Source of the DNA: an uncultured bacterium
GTDB lineage: Bacteria; Krumholzibacteriota; Krumholzibacteriia; JACNKJ01
Assembly (NCBI GenBank): GCA_963695095.1
Contig: CAVOFT010000001.1
Coordinates: 512,001-576,000 of the forward strand
DNA length: 64,000 bases
Direction of reading: 5' to 3'
This document shows positions 20,858 to 32,606 of the stretch, piece after piece. Both the position numbers and the translations under genes were made by a program. The notes under the pieces are model-generated. The model made no database searches, was not told where the DNA came from, and was given only the letters and a program-made list of their open reading frames with translations. Positions within the stretch are counted from its first letter, which is position 1; each line of letters opens with the position of its first letter.

Positions 20858-21751
20858 ATGAGGACGAGGATGCCCGCTGCGACGCCCCCGCCGCTCTTCG
20901 ACAAGACGCTGCGCCTGGAGACCCGCCCCGAGCGGGTCTTCGCCGCGCTGAGCGAGGCCGAGCAGCTCATCATCTGGTTCGCCGAGCAGGCCGAGGTGAC
21001 CGCCCGCGTCCACGGCAGCTACGGCTTCTGGGGCCGGCACACGCTCTGGAACGAGCGGCGCGTGGCGGGCGGGCAGTACATCACCCGTTTCGAGGCGCCG
21101 GGCCAGCTCTCCTATCGCTGGGACCTGGCCTCCCTGCCCACGGAAGTGCATCTGGACATCGAGGGCAGCGAGCGCAGCTGCCGCCTGCATCTGCGCCATG
21201 TCCTGCTGGCCGAATCCGTGGATCCGCGCACCCGCGAAATGCTGGCGGACTTCTGGCGCATCGCCCTGCTCAACCTGGGCTGGTACCTGGAGACGGGCGG
21301 GCCCATGCTGCGCCTGGACTACACGAAGGCGAAGGGGGACGTCGAGCTGGAGCTGGCGCTCGCCGCGCCGCCGCCCCAGGTCTTCCAGACCCTCACCCTG
21401 CCCGCGCGCATGGACGCCTGGCTGTCGCGGCGAGCGAAGGTGGAGCTGCGCGTGGGGGGCGTCTACGACTTCGGCTGGACCGAAACCGTGGACGGCGCCG
21501 CGGTGCCCGCCGGGCCCACGGTGCTCGAGGAGCTGGAGCAGGACGCGCTGCTGGCCTACGGCTGGCGCTGGCCGGGCGAGGTCCAGACCCAGGTGCGCTG
21601 GGTGCTGAAACCCGAGGGCAACGGCTCGCGAGTGAAGCTCACGCATACCGGCTTCGCCGCCGACCGCGACTCCATCGACTACAAGCAGGGCTGGGCGGCT
21701 TTTCTCTGCCTGCTCAAGCTCTACGTCGAGCGCGGCCAGCGCTGGGAGTAG
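20858..21751 (+). CDS. Tandem SRPBCC (AHSA1/START-like) domain protein
   Basis: Two copies of P..VF.(A/T)L......WF/WL...(G)G.Y.F.W...L.Y.W...T.V...L.H...W...L..L..Y.E.G. Confidence 0.85.
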   Translation: MRTRMPAATPPPLFDKTLRLETRPERVFAALSEAEQLIIWFAEQAEVTARVHGSYGFWGRHTLWNERRVAGGQYITRFEAPGQLSYRWDLASLPTEVHLDIEGSERSCRLHLRHVLLAESVDPRTREMLADFWRIALLNLGWYLETGGPMLRLDYTKAKGDVELELALAAPPPQVFQTLTLPARMDAWLSRRAKVELRVGGVYDFGWTETVDGAAVPAGPTVLEELEQDALLAYGWRWPGEVQTQVRWVLKPEGNGSRVKLTHTGFAADRDSIDYKQGWAAFLCLLKLYVERGQRWE

Positions 21752-21844
21752 CCCGCCCCCGGGGGCGGGTGCTAGCCGAAGCTCTCCACGATCCCATTGA
21801 CTTCATGGCGATTCAGCGGCGAGTCGACTCTGCCGCTGCGCAGC

Positions 21845-21888
21845 TTGACAGGGTTCCGTCCTTCGATTACATTTGCATCGCCATGCAA
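21845..21888 (+). promoter_or_regulatory. sigma70 promoter with putative ArsR operator overlapping the start codon
   Basis: TTGACA(21845)-N17-TACATT(21868); palindrome TTGCAT-cgcc-ATGCAA at 21873-21888. Confidence 0.7.
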
Positions 21889-22254
21889 GCGAACTCGGAA
21901 TCCAGCGCAGCCCTTGGCGGCCTGCTCAGCCCGGCGCTCTTCAAGGCGCTCGGCGACCCCAATCGCCTCGCCCTGCTGCTGCGGCTCGCCGCCGCAGGCG
22001 GGCCGGCCACGGTGAGCGAGCTCAGCGGCTGCTGTGAGCGCGACTTCTCGGTGGTCTCCCGCCACCTGGCGCGCCTGCGCGAGGCGGGCATCGTGGCCGC
22101 CGAGCGCCGCGGCCGCGAGGTCCACTACCAGCTCACCAGCGACCTGGCGAGCATCCTGCGCGCCATCGCCGACGCCCTGGACGCCTGCTGCCCGCCCGGC
22201 AGCTGCGCCCCGAGTTCCTGCTGTTCACCCGATCCGAGCAAGGGAGCGCCATGA
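21883..22254 (+). CDS. arsR: ArsR/SmtB family metalloregulator
   Basis: FKALGDPNRLALL, VSELSGCC, VSRHLARLREAGIV, RRGREVHY; Cys-rich C-terminus. Confidence 0.88.
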   Translation: MQANSESSAALGGLLSPALFKALGDPNRLALLLRLAAAGGPATVSELSGCCERDFSVVSRHLARLREAGIVAAERRGREVHYQLTSDLASILRAIADALDACCPPGSCAPSSCCSPDPSKGAP

Positions 22255-23097
22255 ACACGCCCGATGCCACGCGCCGGCAAATCTCCGCGGACTATGCTGC
22301 CGCCATCCAGCGGGGCGGCTCCTGCTGCGGCGACAAGGCCGACCAACCCAGTGTGTCCGCCCTGGCCGGCTACAGCGCCGAGGACATCGCCGGCCTCGCC
22401 GACGACCTGCTCGCCAGCAGCTTCGGATGCGGCAATCCCCTGGCCTTCAGCGAGGTGGCCCCGGGCGAGACCGTGCTCGACCTCGGCTCGGGCGCGGGGC
22501 TGGACCTCATCCTCGCCGCGCGCAAGGTGGGGCCGACCGGCCGCGTCATCGGCGTGGACATGACCGAGGCCATGCTCGAGGCCGCGCGCGCGAACATCGC
22601 GGCCGCCGGCCTCGACGAACATCGAGCTGCGCCAGGGCCTGATCGAGGCCCTGCCCGTGGCCGACGCCTCGGTCGACTGGGTCATCTCCAACTGCGTGAT
22701 CAACCTGTCGCCCGAGAAGGAGAGGGTCTTCGCGGAGATCGCGCGGGTGCTCAGGCCCGGTGGCCGCCTGCGCGTGAGCGACATCGTCGCCGAGGGTCTG
22801 CCCGAGGCCCTGCGCGAGAGCGCAACTGCGGTGAGCGCCTGCCTGGGCGGGGCGATCAGCGAGGCCGACTACTGCGCCGGCCTGCGCGCGGCCGGCCTGG
22901 TGGACGTGGAGGTGCCCGAGCGACTGGTCTATGCAGCGAGCCAGCTCGAGGACATGGTCTGCGACCTGGGCGACGGCGCGCCCGCGGCGACGGGCTGCGG
23001 CTGCGGCACGCCGGACAGCGGCGTCGCCAAGCGCCTGGCCGGGGCCGTCGCCGGCAAGGTCTGGAGCGCTCGGTTCCAAGCGCGGAAGCCGGAGTAG
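22251..23097 (+). CDS. arsM: Arsenite S-adenosylmethyltransferase (one frameshift near 22615)
   Basis: [30 protein letters not shown]; second frame continues [34 protein letters not shown]...SACLGGA. Confidence 0.88.
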
Positions 23098-23100
23098 GCC

Positions 23101-23919
23101 ATGCGCCGCGAGAATTACGGCAGCGGGGCGCCCTGGGAGGCCATCGTCGGCTACTCGCGCGTGGTCAAGGCCGGCCGGCGGCTCTACGTGACGGGCACCG
23201 TGGGTGAGGGCGCGGATGCCTATGCCCAGGCGCGGAGCGCGCTCGAGAAGATCGCCGCCGCGCTCGAGCGCGCGGGCGGCAGCCTCGCCGACGTCGTGCG
23301 CACGCGGATCTTCGTCACCGACATCGGGCGGGACTGGGAGGCCGTGGGCCGCGCCCACCGCGAGCTGCTGGGTGACGTGATGCCGGCCACCACGATGGTG
23401 CAGGTGGCCGCGCTCATCGATCCCCGCTACCTGGTGGAGATCGAAGCCGACGCCGAACTCGGGCTCTTGCCTGCGGCGGACCCCAGCGCGGGCCTCGCCG
23501 TCGAGCCCGCAGCCTTCAACGACGCCGCCGTGGCCGCGTTGCTCAGGGCAGCCGGCCTGCCGGTGCCGGGCGCCGAGGATGCGCCCGTCCAGATGCGCGT
23601 GCTCCGCGAGGGCGGCCGCCTGCTCGCCTGCGCGGGATACGAGCGTTACGGCGAACGGGCGCTCCTGCGCTCCGTGGCCGTGGCCGCCGAGGCGCGCGGG
23701 CGGGGGCTGGGCCGCGCACTCGCCGCCGCGCTGCTGGCCGAACTGGAGGCTCGGGGGACCCGGGAGACCTATCTGCTCACGCTCGAAGCCGCGGGATTCT
23801 TCGCGCGGCTGGGCTTCGCGCCCATCGAGCGGAGCGCCGCGCCGGCCGCCGTCCTCGCCTCGCACGAGTTCTCGATTCACCAATGCGACGCCGCGCAGGT
23901 CATGCGGCGGGACCTCTAG
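23101..23919 (+). CDS. Fusion of Rid (YjgF/YjgH-like) domain and ArsN2-like GNAT acetyltransferase
   Basis: N-terminal WEAIVGYSRVV...RTRIFVTD...PATTMVQV...LVEIEADA; C-terminal LLRSVAV...RGRGLG...YLLT...FFARLGF...S.EF...C..A..M. Confidence 0.82.
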   Translation: MRRENYGSGAPWEAIVGYSRVVKAGRRLYVTGTVGEGADAYAQARSALEKIAAALERAGGSLADVVRTRIFVTDIGRDWEAVGRAHRELLGDVMPATTMVQVAALIDPRYLVEIEADAELGLLPAADPSAGLAVEPAAFNDAAVAALLRAAGLPVPGAEDAPVQMRVLREGGRLLACAGYERYGERALLRSVAVAAEARGRGLGRALAAALLAELEARGTRETYLLTLEAAGFFARLGFAPIERSAAPAAVLASHEFSIHQCDAAQVMRRDL

Positions 23920-24019
23920 CCTCTCCCTTGCGCTGCGCTTCCATGCTAGACTCGGGCGCCTGCGCGTTGCGCGCAGGCGCGACTCCGCGGTGTCCCCGCC
24001 CACGGACAGGAGGAACTCC

Positions 24020-26164
<2,145 letters not shown>

Positions 26165-26194
26165 TGGCCACAAGTTCTTTTTCGACAGGAGCTC

Positions 26195-26252
26195 TTGACT
26201 TTGTCAGGCAAATCCGCTAGATGAGTGCTAACTCACTGAGTTTATGCTCAGT
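26195..26252 (+). promoter_or_regulatory. sigma70 promoter with two tandem palindromic operators (TetR autoregulation)
   Basis: TTGACT-N17-TAGATG, then TGAG-tgctaa-CTCA (26222-26235) and ACTGAG-tttatg-CTCAGT (26235-26252). Confidence 0.65.
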
Positions 26253-26264
26253 CTGGCGGTCGTT

Positions 26265-26828
26265 TTGCCGAGCAGGAGGGACGAGAGAAAGGCCCGCAGC
26301 CGCGAGGCCATCCTGTCGACCGCCCGCGAGTTGATCGCCGCGGGGGGCCTGGCGGCCACGAGCACCCAGAAGGTAGCTCTGGCCGCCGGGCTCTCCCACG
26401 GCGCCCTCTTCGTCCACTTTCCCCGTCGTGATGACCTGCTCGCCGCCGTGACGGCGGCCTTCGCCGCAGACTTCGAGGCCGGGCTCGGCCCGCCGGCGCC
26501 CAGCCTCGAGGCCGAACTCGCGCTGCAGCTCGAGCGCCTGGCCGCCGGCGAGCCGCTCTACAGCCACCTGCTTGGCGAGGAGATCGCGCTGCCCAGCGCA
26601 GCGCGCGAGGCCCTGCGCGCGCTGGAGCGCTCCCTCAGCGCGCGGGTGGCCGCGGCCTTCGCCGCCGACCGGACGCGCCTGGGCCTGCGCCCGCTCTCCC
26701 CGCGCCTCGTCGCCGCTACCTGGCTGGCCCTCGTGCAGCGCGCCCTCATGCGCGGCGAAGCGGGCGCAGCGCTGCCCGAGTGGGGGGGCGAGATCCGCCG
26801 CTTCATCCTCGAGCTGGTGACTGCCTGA
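26265..26828 (+). CDS. TetR/AcrR family regulator (start uncertain)
   Basis: RRDERKARSREAILSTARELIAAGG...VALAAGLSHGALFVHFPRRDDLL HTH. Confidence 0.85.
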   Translation: MPSRRDERKARSREAILSTARELIAAGGLAATSTQKVALAAGLSHGALFVHFPRRDDLLAAVTAAFAADFEAGLGPPAPSLEAELALQLERLAAGEPLYSHLLGEEIALPSAAREALRALERSLSARVAAAFAADRTRLGLRPLSPRLVAATWLALVQRALMRGEAGAALPEWGGEIRRFILELVTA

Positions 26829-26966
26829 GCGCGGCGCTTCCGGCCTCGCCCGCCGCCCTGCGGCCGCCCTGGCCGCCCGGCGAGCGCCCATCGCGGCAAC
26901 GGGCACCCGCGCGCCGTTGCCGCGTAGGCTCTCGCCTGCTAGCTTCCCGCTACTCCTGTCCGGACG

Positions 26967-29096
26967 GTGCCCGTGGGTTTTCTCAACGCCGCGCTCCTCT
27001 TCGGCCTTCTGGGCAGCCTCGTGCCGCTCATCATCCACCTGCTCGAGCGGCGGCGGCTGCCGACGCTGCAGGTGCCCAGCCTCAGGTTCCTGCGCGAGCT
27101 GAATCGCCGCCAGATGCGCCGCCTCGAACTGCAGCGCCTGCTCATCTTGCTCGTGCGCATGCTGCTCGTGGCGCTCATCGCCTTTGCGCTCGCGCGCCCG
27201 ACGCTGACCGGGCCGCTGGCCGCCATCTTCCCCGAGGACGCGCCGCGGGCCCTGGCCCTGCTCATCGACAACAGCGCCAGCATGCAGCTCGAAACGGAGA
27301 GCGGCAGCCTGGCCCAGCACGCCCGCGAGCGCGCCCGGGCCCTGCTGGCCGAACTCGAGCCCGGGGACGAGGTCTTCGTCTACGCGCTCGAGGCCGAGCC
27401 GCTGGATCTCGGCGGCGGACCGCTCAGCCCCGCCCTCGCCGCCGCGCTGCTCGACGACTGGCCCCAGGCCGACGGCGGCGCCGACCTGCGCGCGGGCCTG
27501 GCCCGTGGGATCAGCGACCTGTCCGCGCGGCCTCAGCCCCAGCGGGAGCTCTACCTGTTCAGCGACTTCGCCGCGGCCACCCTGCCTGCCGACAGCGCGG
27601 CCCTGCCACCCGCGGGCGACCTGCGCCTCTTCGCCTTGCCCCTTTCGGTCAGCCCGCCACCCAACGCGGGGCTCGTGGGCTTGCGCCTGCCCGTGCGGCC
27701 GCTCCTGCCCGGCCGGCCCTTCGAGCTGGGAGTCGCCGCGCGAGCGACCGGTGCGCAAGGCGCCGAGGCCTTTCCCGTCGAACTGGAGCTGGCCGGCGAG
27801 CACCGCGGCGGCTTCAGCATGGAGCCCGCACCGGGCGGTGAGAACGAGTGGCGCAGCCTGAGCGTGAGCCTCCCCGCCGGGGGCCCGCAGGCGGTGGCGG
27901 GACTCTGGCGCAAGCAGCGCGACCGCTTCGCTCCCGACGATGCGCTATCCTTCACGCTCCAGGTGGCTACACGCCTGCGCGTGCTGCTCCTCGGCTCGCC
28001 GAGCGCGGCCAGCGGCGGCAAGGGCGCGCGGCTCTCGCTGGCCGAGCATGTGGCGCGCGCCCTCGATCCCTATCGCGGCCAGCGCCCCGAGGCCCTGGCC
28101 CTCGATCTCGAGCAGCGCGGGGTCTCGGCCCTGACCAGCGAGCTGGTCGCGGGCCGGCATCTCGTCGTGCTCTGCGGCGGCGATGGCCTGGACGCCACGC
28201 GCGGCCAGCTCCTGGCCGATTTCGTGGCCGCCGGCGGCGGGCTCGTGCTGGCGCCCAGCGCCGAGGGCGCGACGGATCTCGCGCGGCACCTCCTGCCGCG
28301 CCTCGGCGGCCCGCACGAGCTGGCAGCCGCGCCAGGCGGGCGGGAGACGCTGGCCCAGCTCGAGCCCGATCATCCGCTCTTTGCCGACTTCTCCCCGGAG
28401 CACCGGCGCGTGCTGGCCGAGCAGCCGCTCTGGCGCAGCTTCCGCACGCGGCCCGGCGAGCGGGAGATCCTCGCCCGCTTCGCCTCGGGCGGCCCCGCCC
28501 TGCTGGGCTGGGAGCACGGCCGCGGTCGCGTGCGCCTGCTGCTCTTCGAAGTCGGGCCCGAGGGCGGCGAGCTGCCCTATTCGTCGATGTTCCTGCCCCT
28601 CCTCCAGGAGCTGGCCCAGGAAGCCGCCGGCGCCAGCCGGCCGGTGCTCGCCGAGGCCGGGCAAGCGCTGAGCTGGCCGCTTCCGGGGGGAGCCCGCGGC
28701 GGGAGCACCGGGGAGGGGCTTGCCGTGCTGGGTCCCGACGACAAGCCGGTGCCGCTCCAGATCGACGAGACGGGCCTGCCACCCCGCATTCGGGCCACCG
28801 CGCGGCGGGCCGGGATCTATCGCCTGCAGGCCCGCGCGCCGGAAGGCCCGCGCGAACTGGGCCTGGCCGCGGTGAGCGTGCCGCCACAGGAGGGCCTGCT
28901 GGCGCCCCTGCCGCCGGACAGCATTCCCCTGCGCCTGGGGCTGCCGGGGCTACAGGTGATCGATCCCGGCGCCCCCCTCGCCGCCGCCCTGCACGTGGGC
29001 CGCTACGGCAAGGAACTGGCGCGCAGCATCCTGCTGCTGGCCGCCCTGCTCCTGGCCCTGGAGCTCTGGCTCGCGCAGCGCGTGGAGGCCAGCTGA
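26967..29096 (+). CDS. BatA-domain / vWA membrane protein (MoxR-system partner)
   Basis: FLNAALLFGL..VPLIIHLL, PSLRFL, LLVRMLL..FALARP, LIDNSASM (MIDAS-like), LFSDF, C-terminal TM ending LELWLA. Confidence 0.85.
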   Translation: MPVGFLNAALLFGLLGSLVPLIIHLLERRRLPTLQVPSLRFLRELNRRQMRRLELQRLLILLVRMLLVALIAFALARPTLTGPLAAIFPEDAPRALALLIDNSASMQLETESGSLAQHARERARALLAELEPGDEVFVYALEAEPLDLGGGPLSPALAAALLDDWPQADGGADLRAGLARGISDLSARPQPQRELYLFSDFAAATLPADSAALPPAGDLRLFALPLSVSPPPNAGLVGLRLPVRPLLPGRPFELGVAARATGAQGAEAFPVELELAGEHRGGFSMEPAPGGENEWRSLSVSLPAGGPQAVAGLWRKQRDRFAPDDALSFTLQVATRLRVLLLGSPSAASGGKGARLSLAEHVARALDPYRGQRPEALALDLEQRGVSALTSELVAGRHLVVLCGGDGLDATRGQLLADFVAAGGGLVLAPSAEGATDLARHLLPRLGGPHELAAAPGGRETLAQLEPDHPLFADFSPEHRRVLAEQPLWRSFRTRPGEREILARFASGGPALLGWEHGRGRVRLLLFEVGPEGGELPYSSMFLPLLQELAQEAAGASRPVLAEAGQALSWPLPGGARGGSTGEGLAVLGPDDKPVPLQIDETGLPPRIRATARRAGIYRLQARAPEGPRELGLAAVSVPPQEGLLAPLPPDSIPLRLGLPGLQVIDPGAPLAAALHVGRYGKELARSILLLAALLLALELWLAQRVEAS

Positions 29097-29135
29097 GGGC
29101 TTGACGCCTGGAGGTCGGCCTGCCACGCTTGCGCC

Positions 29136-29699
29136 ATGACGCCGGCCCGGCTTTACCTCTTCTCCCTCCTGGCCCTGGTCCTCGCCGGCATCCTTCTCTT
29201 TGGCGGCTGGGACAGCATGGCCACCAACAGCATCGCCGCCGTGGCGGTGATCCTGGCCCTCGTGGCCTACCTGCTCGGGATCTACCTGGCCCGGGTGGGC
29301 CGGCGCGGCGAGGAAGCCCTGATCGCCCTGCGCTCGCGCATCGCCAGCGTCAGCGAGGAGCCCATCCGGGACGAGTACCGCACCTATCACCTGGGCGGCC
29401 TGGACGAGCTGGCAGCGGGCGACCTGCTCGTGCTCTACGCCACGACGGATGGCTGGCTGCTCGTCCCCCTGCTCGATGAGCTGGCCTGGTTCAAGGTGCC
29501 GGAAGCGGGCATCGGCCCCGTCAGCCTGGAGCGGGAGGGCGGCCTGCACCTGCGCGCCGAACTCAAGAGCGACACCGGTCGCGCGCTCAACCTGCGGCTG
29601 GCCTCCACGCTGGCCGACCCCCGCAGCGAGGATGCCGCCGCCCTGCGGGACCTGGAGACCCTGCGCAGCGCCCTGCGCAGCCGGGCGGCCGGCGCCTAG
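29136..29699 (+). CDS. Hypothetical membrane protein (two N-terminal TM helices)
   Basis: Two hydrophobic segments then a soluble domain; preceded by TTGACG-N17-CACGCT-N6-ATG. Confidence 0.7.
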   Translation: MTPARLYLFSLLALVLAGILLFGGWDSMATNSIAAVAVILALVAYLLGIYLARVGRRGEEALIALRSRIASVSEEPIRDEYRTYHLGGLDELAAGDLLVLYATTDGWLLVPLLDELAWFKVPEAGIGPVSLEREGGLHLRAELKSDTGRALNLRLASTLADPRSEDAAALRDLETLRSALRSRAAGA

Positions 29700-29700
29700 C

Positions 29701-31111
29701 CTACTGGTACTCCGCGCCCAGGATCACGCTGACGATGATGGCCCCCACGGCAAGCGGCGCCGCGAAGCGGATCAGGAAGCGCCAGCCGCCGTAGCTGGCC
29801 ATCGGCCCATGGCCCTGCTCCAGCTCGGCCCGGGTGTCCCGCCTGTTCATGGCCCAGCCCGTGAAGAGAGCGATCAGGAAGCCGCCCACGGGCAGGAACC
29901 AGTTGCTGGCCAGGTAGTCCAGGGTGCCGAAGATGCCGCCGGTGGACTCCCTGCCGATCAGGTTGACGCTCGACAGCCGCCCGTTGGCGCCCAGGCTGAG
30001 TGCGCTGAGCACGCCGAAGAGCGGTGATGGCCCCGCCCATGCTGAGCACCGCCCGGTGGCGCCGCCAGCCCAGCTCGTCGATGGCGAAGCTCGAGACCAC
30101 TTCGAGCAGGCTGATCGTGCTGGTCAGCGCCGCGAAGGCGACCAGCAGGTAGAAAAAGGCGCTGATCGCCGCGCCGCCGGGCATCTTGAAGAAGACCACG
30201 GGCAGGGTGGTGAAGAGGATCGTCGAGCTCTTGCGTGGCTCGAAGTCGAAGCTGAAGATGATCGAGAACATGATGATGCAGGCGATCAGCGCGATGAGCG
30301 TGTCCACGGCGCTGATGATCACCGCGGCCTTGGGCACGCTGTCGTTCTTGCGCATGTAGGAGCCGTAGGTGAGCATGGCGCCCATGCCCAGGCTCAGGGT
30401 GAAGAAGCTGTGGCCCAGGGCCTCCAGGACCGCCCCCCGCGTGAGCTCGCTGAAGTTGGGACGAAAGAGGAAGGTGATCGCCTCGCCGAAGCCCGGCGTG
30501 CGGGTGCTGTAGATCGCCAGGGCGAGCAGGATCGCGAAGAGGCAGGGCATCAAGACGCTCGTCACCCGCTCGATCCCCCTGGCGACGCCGAAGTAGACCA
30601 CGCCCACGGTGGCGGCCATGAACAGCACGAAGTAGCCGATCTGCTGGCCGCCGCTCGTCAGGAACTCGCCGAAGAAGGCGTCCAGGGCGCCCGGATGCGT
30701 GGCCAGTGCGCCGAGTTGGCCGCTGAGGGCCATCAGGATGTAGCGCAGGGTCCAGCCGGCGACCACGCAGTAGTAGGAGAGGATCACGAAGCCCGTGATG
30801 ACGCCGAGCACGCCCACGCCCGGCCAGAGTCCGGCGCCGCGCTTGCCGGCCGACAGGATGCGAAAGGTGCCCACGGGATCCTTCTCCGCGCGCCGGCCGA
30901 GGAGGATCTCGGCGATCATGATCGGCGCGCCGACCAGGATCACCGCGGCGATGTAGATGAGCACGAAGGCGCCGCCCTGGTTCTCCAGCGCGATGTAGGG
31001 GAATTTCCAGAGATTGCCCAGGCCGACGGCGCCGCCGGAGGCGGCCAGGATGAAGCCCAGACGACTGCTCCATTGCCCGCGCGGGCCCTGCGATGGCTGA
31101 TTCATCCGCAT
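29701..31111 (-). CDS. Sodium-dependent transporter, NSS/SNF family (frameshift near 30020)
   Basis: WSSRLGFILAASGGAVGLGNLWKFPY, GGAF, FFTLSLGMGAMLTYGSY, AALTSTISLLE; C-terminus in ORF 29701-30012. Confidence 0.92.
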
Positions 31112-31285
31112 CCTCCCTTGTCGCGCCGAGACCAGCCTAGCCAGGAGGGCGAGCAGGGGTCAAGAAAGGCCTGCGGGCCGCCTGCGATCGCGCGCCGCGA
31201 TGGCGGAGATTCCCGATAATTTGCTATTCTTTGGGAGTCCCTCCACCCGCGCGGGAAACCCGGCTGTGATTCCCGTGGAGGCGAG

Positions 31286-31888
31286 GTGTCCTTGGAGGCG
31301 AGGAATAGCGGGCCCGATGCCCTCGGCGACGAGGGCCTCTGGGCGCTGACTCAGGGCGAACCCACGGCGGAAACTCGCGCGGCGGCCACCGAACTCCTCG
31401 GCCGCTATCGCGAGCGCGTCTACCGTTGGTGCTACGGCCGCGTCCGCGAGCACGAACTGGCCCTGGATCTCGCCCAGGATGTCTTGCTCAGCGCCTATCG
31501 TGGGCTCGACGGCTTCGACGGCCGGGCCCGCTTCTCCTCCTGGCTCTTCGCCATCGCGCGGTACCGCTGCTTGAATGCGCTGCGGCGCCCCAGGCTCTTC
31601 GAAGATGGCGTGGATCTCGACGCCATGCCGGCGTTTCAGCGCGGGCATGACGAGGAGCTGGACGAGCGGGAGGAGGAGCAGCGGCTCCTCGAGTTGATCC
31701 AGTCTGCGCTGCCGCCACTGGACCAGCAGGTGCTCTGGCTGCGCTGCATCGAGAAGATGCCCGTGGACGGCATCACGCGCCTGCTGGACCTGCGCGAGGC
31801 CACCGGCGCCCGCGCCGTGCTGCAGCGCGCCCGCCGCCGCCTGCGCGCGGCGCTGGCGGCTGAGGAAGGAGACGATGCCCGTGGTTGA
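31286..31888 (+). CDS. ECF-type RNA polymerase sigma factor
   Basis: ALDLAQDVLL...FDGRARFSSWLFAIARYRCLN (region 2); LPPLDQQVLWLR...ITRLL...LQRARRRLR (region 4). Confidence 0.92.
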   Translation: MSLEARNSGPDALGDEGLWALTQGEPTAETRAAATELLGRYRERVYRWCYGRVREHELALDLAQDVLLSAYRGLDGFDGRARFSSWLFAIARYRCLNALRRPRLFEDGVDLDAMPAFQRGHDEELDEREEEQRLLELIQSALPPLDQQVLWLRCIEKMPVDGITRLLDLREATGARAVLQRARRRLRAALAAEEGDDARG

Positions 31889-32591
31889 CCGTTGCCCGCC
31901 TGCCGACTTGCTGCCCGACATCGCCCTGTTGCCCCTGGGCGGCGATGCCGAGGATCCGCAGCGCCGTCATCTCGACGGTTGCCCGCGCTGCCAGGCCCGA
32001 CTGGCCGACTATCGCGATTTCATGGCCGCCGCCATGCCCGTTCCCCCGCGTGAGGTGGCGGCGGCGATGGCCGCCCTCGACGCCGGCCTGCGCTCGGCGA
32101 ACGCCGGCGAGGCGAGCTTGCCTGCGCCCGCCGAGCGGCGCGGCCGCATCCTGCATCCATCCTTCGCGCACCCGCTCGCCCGCGTCGCCTTCGCCCTGGC
32201 CGCGCTCTTCTTGCTTCTCGTCGCCCTGGACGCCCTGCCCGAGCGACCCCAGCGGCGCGAGATCCGCCTGCGCGCAGAACAGGTCCCACCGGCTCCCGGC
32301 AGCGGCCTCGTCCTCGACGCGCCGCGGTTCCTACCGGATGGCGCTCTCGAGCTCTCCTGGCAGGCGCTGCCAGGCGCCGACGAGTACCGGCTGCGCCTGC
32401 TTGCCGTCGATTTGGCGCTCCTGGCCGAGCGCGGGGTGGGCACTGCCACCCAGCTGCATCTCGCGGCGACCGAGCTCGCCGCCCTGAGGGCGGCGGGGGC
32501 CATTCTGGTCTGGCAGGTCGAGGCGCGGGCAGGCGGCGATCCGCTGGCGATCTCAACGCCGGCGGCCATTCCTCTGCCTGCCCGGCCCTGA
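31875..32591 (+). CDS. Zinc-binding anti-sigma factor (ZAS/zf-HC2) with TM helix and extracytoplasmic Fn3-like domain
   Basis: HLDGCPRC (Hx3Cx2C) at 31968-31991, TM VAFALAALFLLLVAL, LSWQALPGADEYRL...VWQVEA; overlaps the sigma gene. Confidence 0.8.
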   Translation: MPVVDRCPPADLLPDIALLPLGGDAEDPQRRHLDGCPRCQARLADYRDFMAAAMPVPPREVAAAMAALDAGLRSANAGEASLPAPAERRGRILHPSFAHPLARVAFALAALFLLLVALDALPERPQRREIRLRAEQVPPAPGSGLVLDAPRFLPDGALELSWQALPGADEYRLRLLAVDLALLAERGVGTATQLHLAATELAALRAAGAILVWQVEARAGGDPLAISTPAAIPLPARP

Positions 32592-32606
32592 GCGGGGAGG
32601 CCCAGC

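Noticed and set aside
21883..23919. Arsinothricin biosynthetic cluster
   Set aside because: No radical SAM arsL, and the GNAT resembles ArsN2 rather than ArsN1
31254..31276. Autoregulatory ECF promoter GGAAAC...CGT upstream of the sigma gene
   Set aside because: Spacer is only 14 nt and too close to the start; an extended -10 TGCTATTCT at 31222 is a simpler explanation
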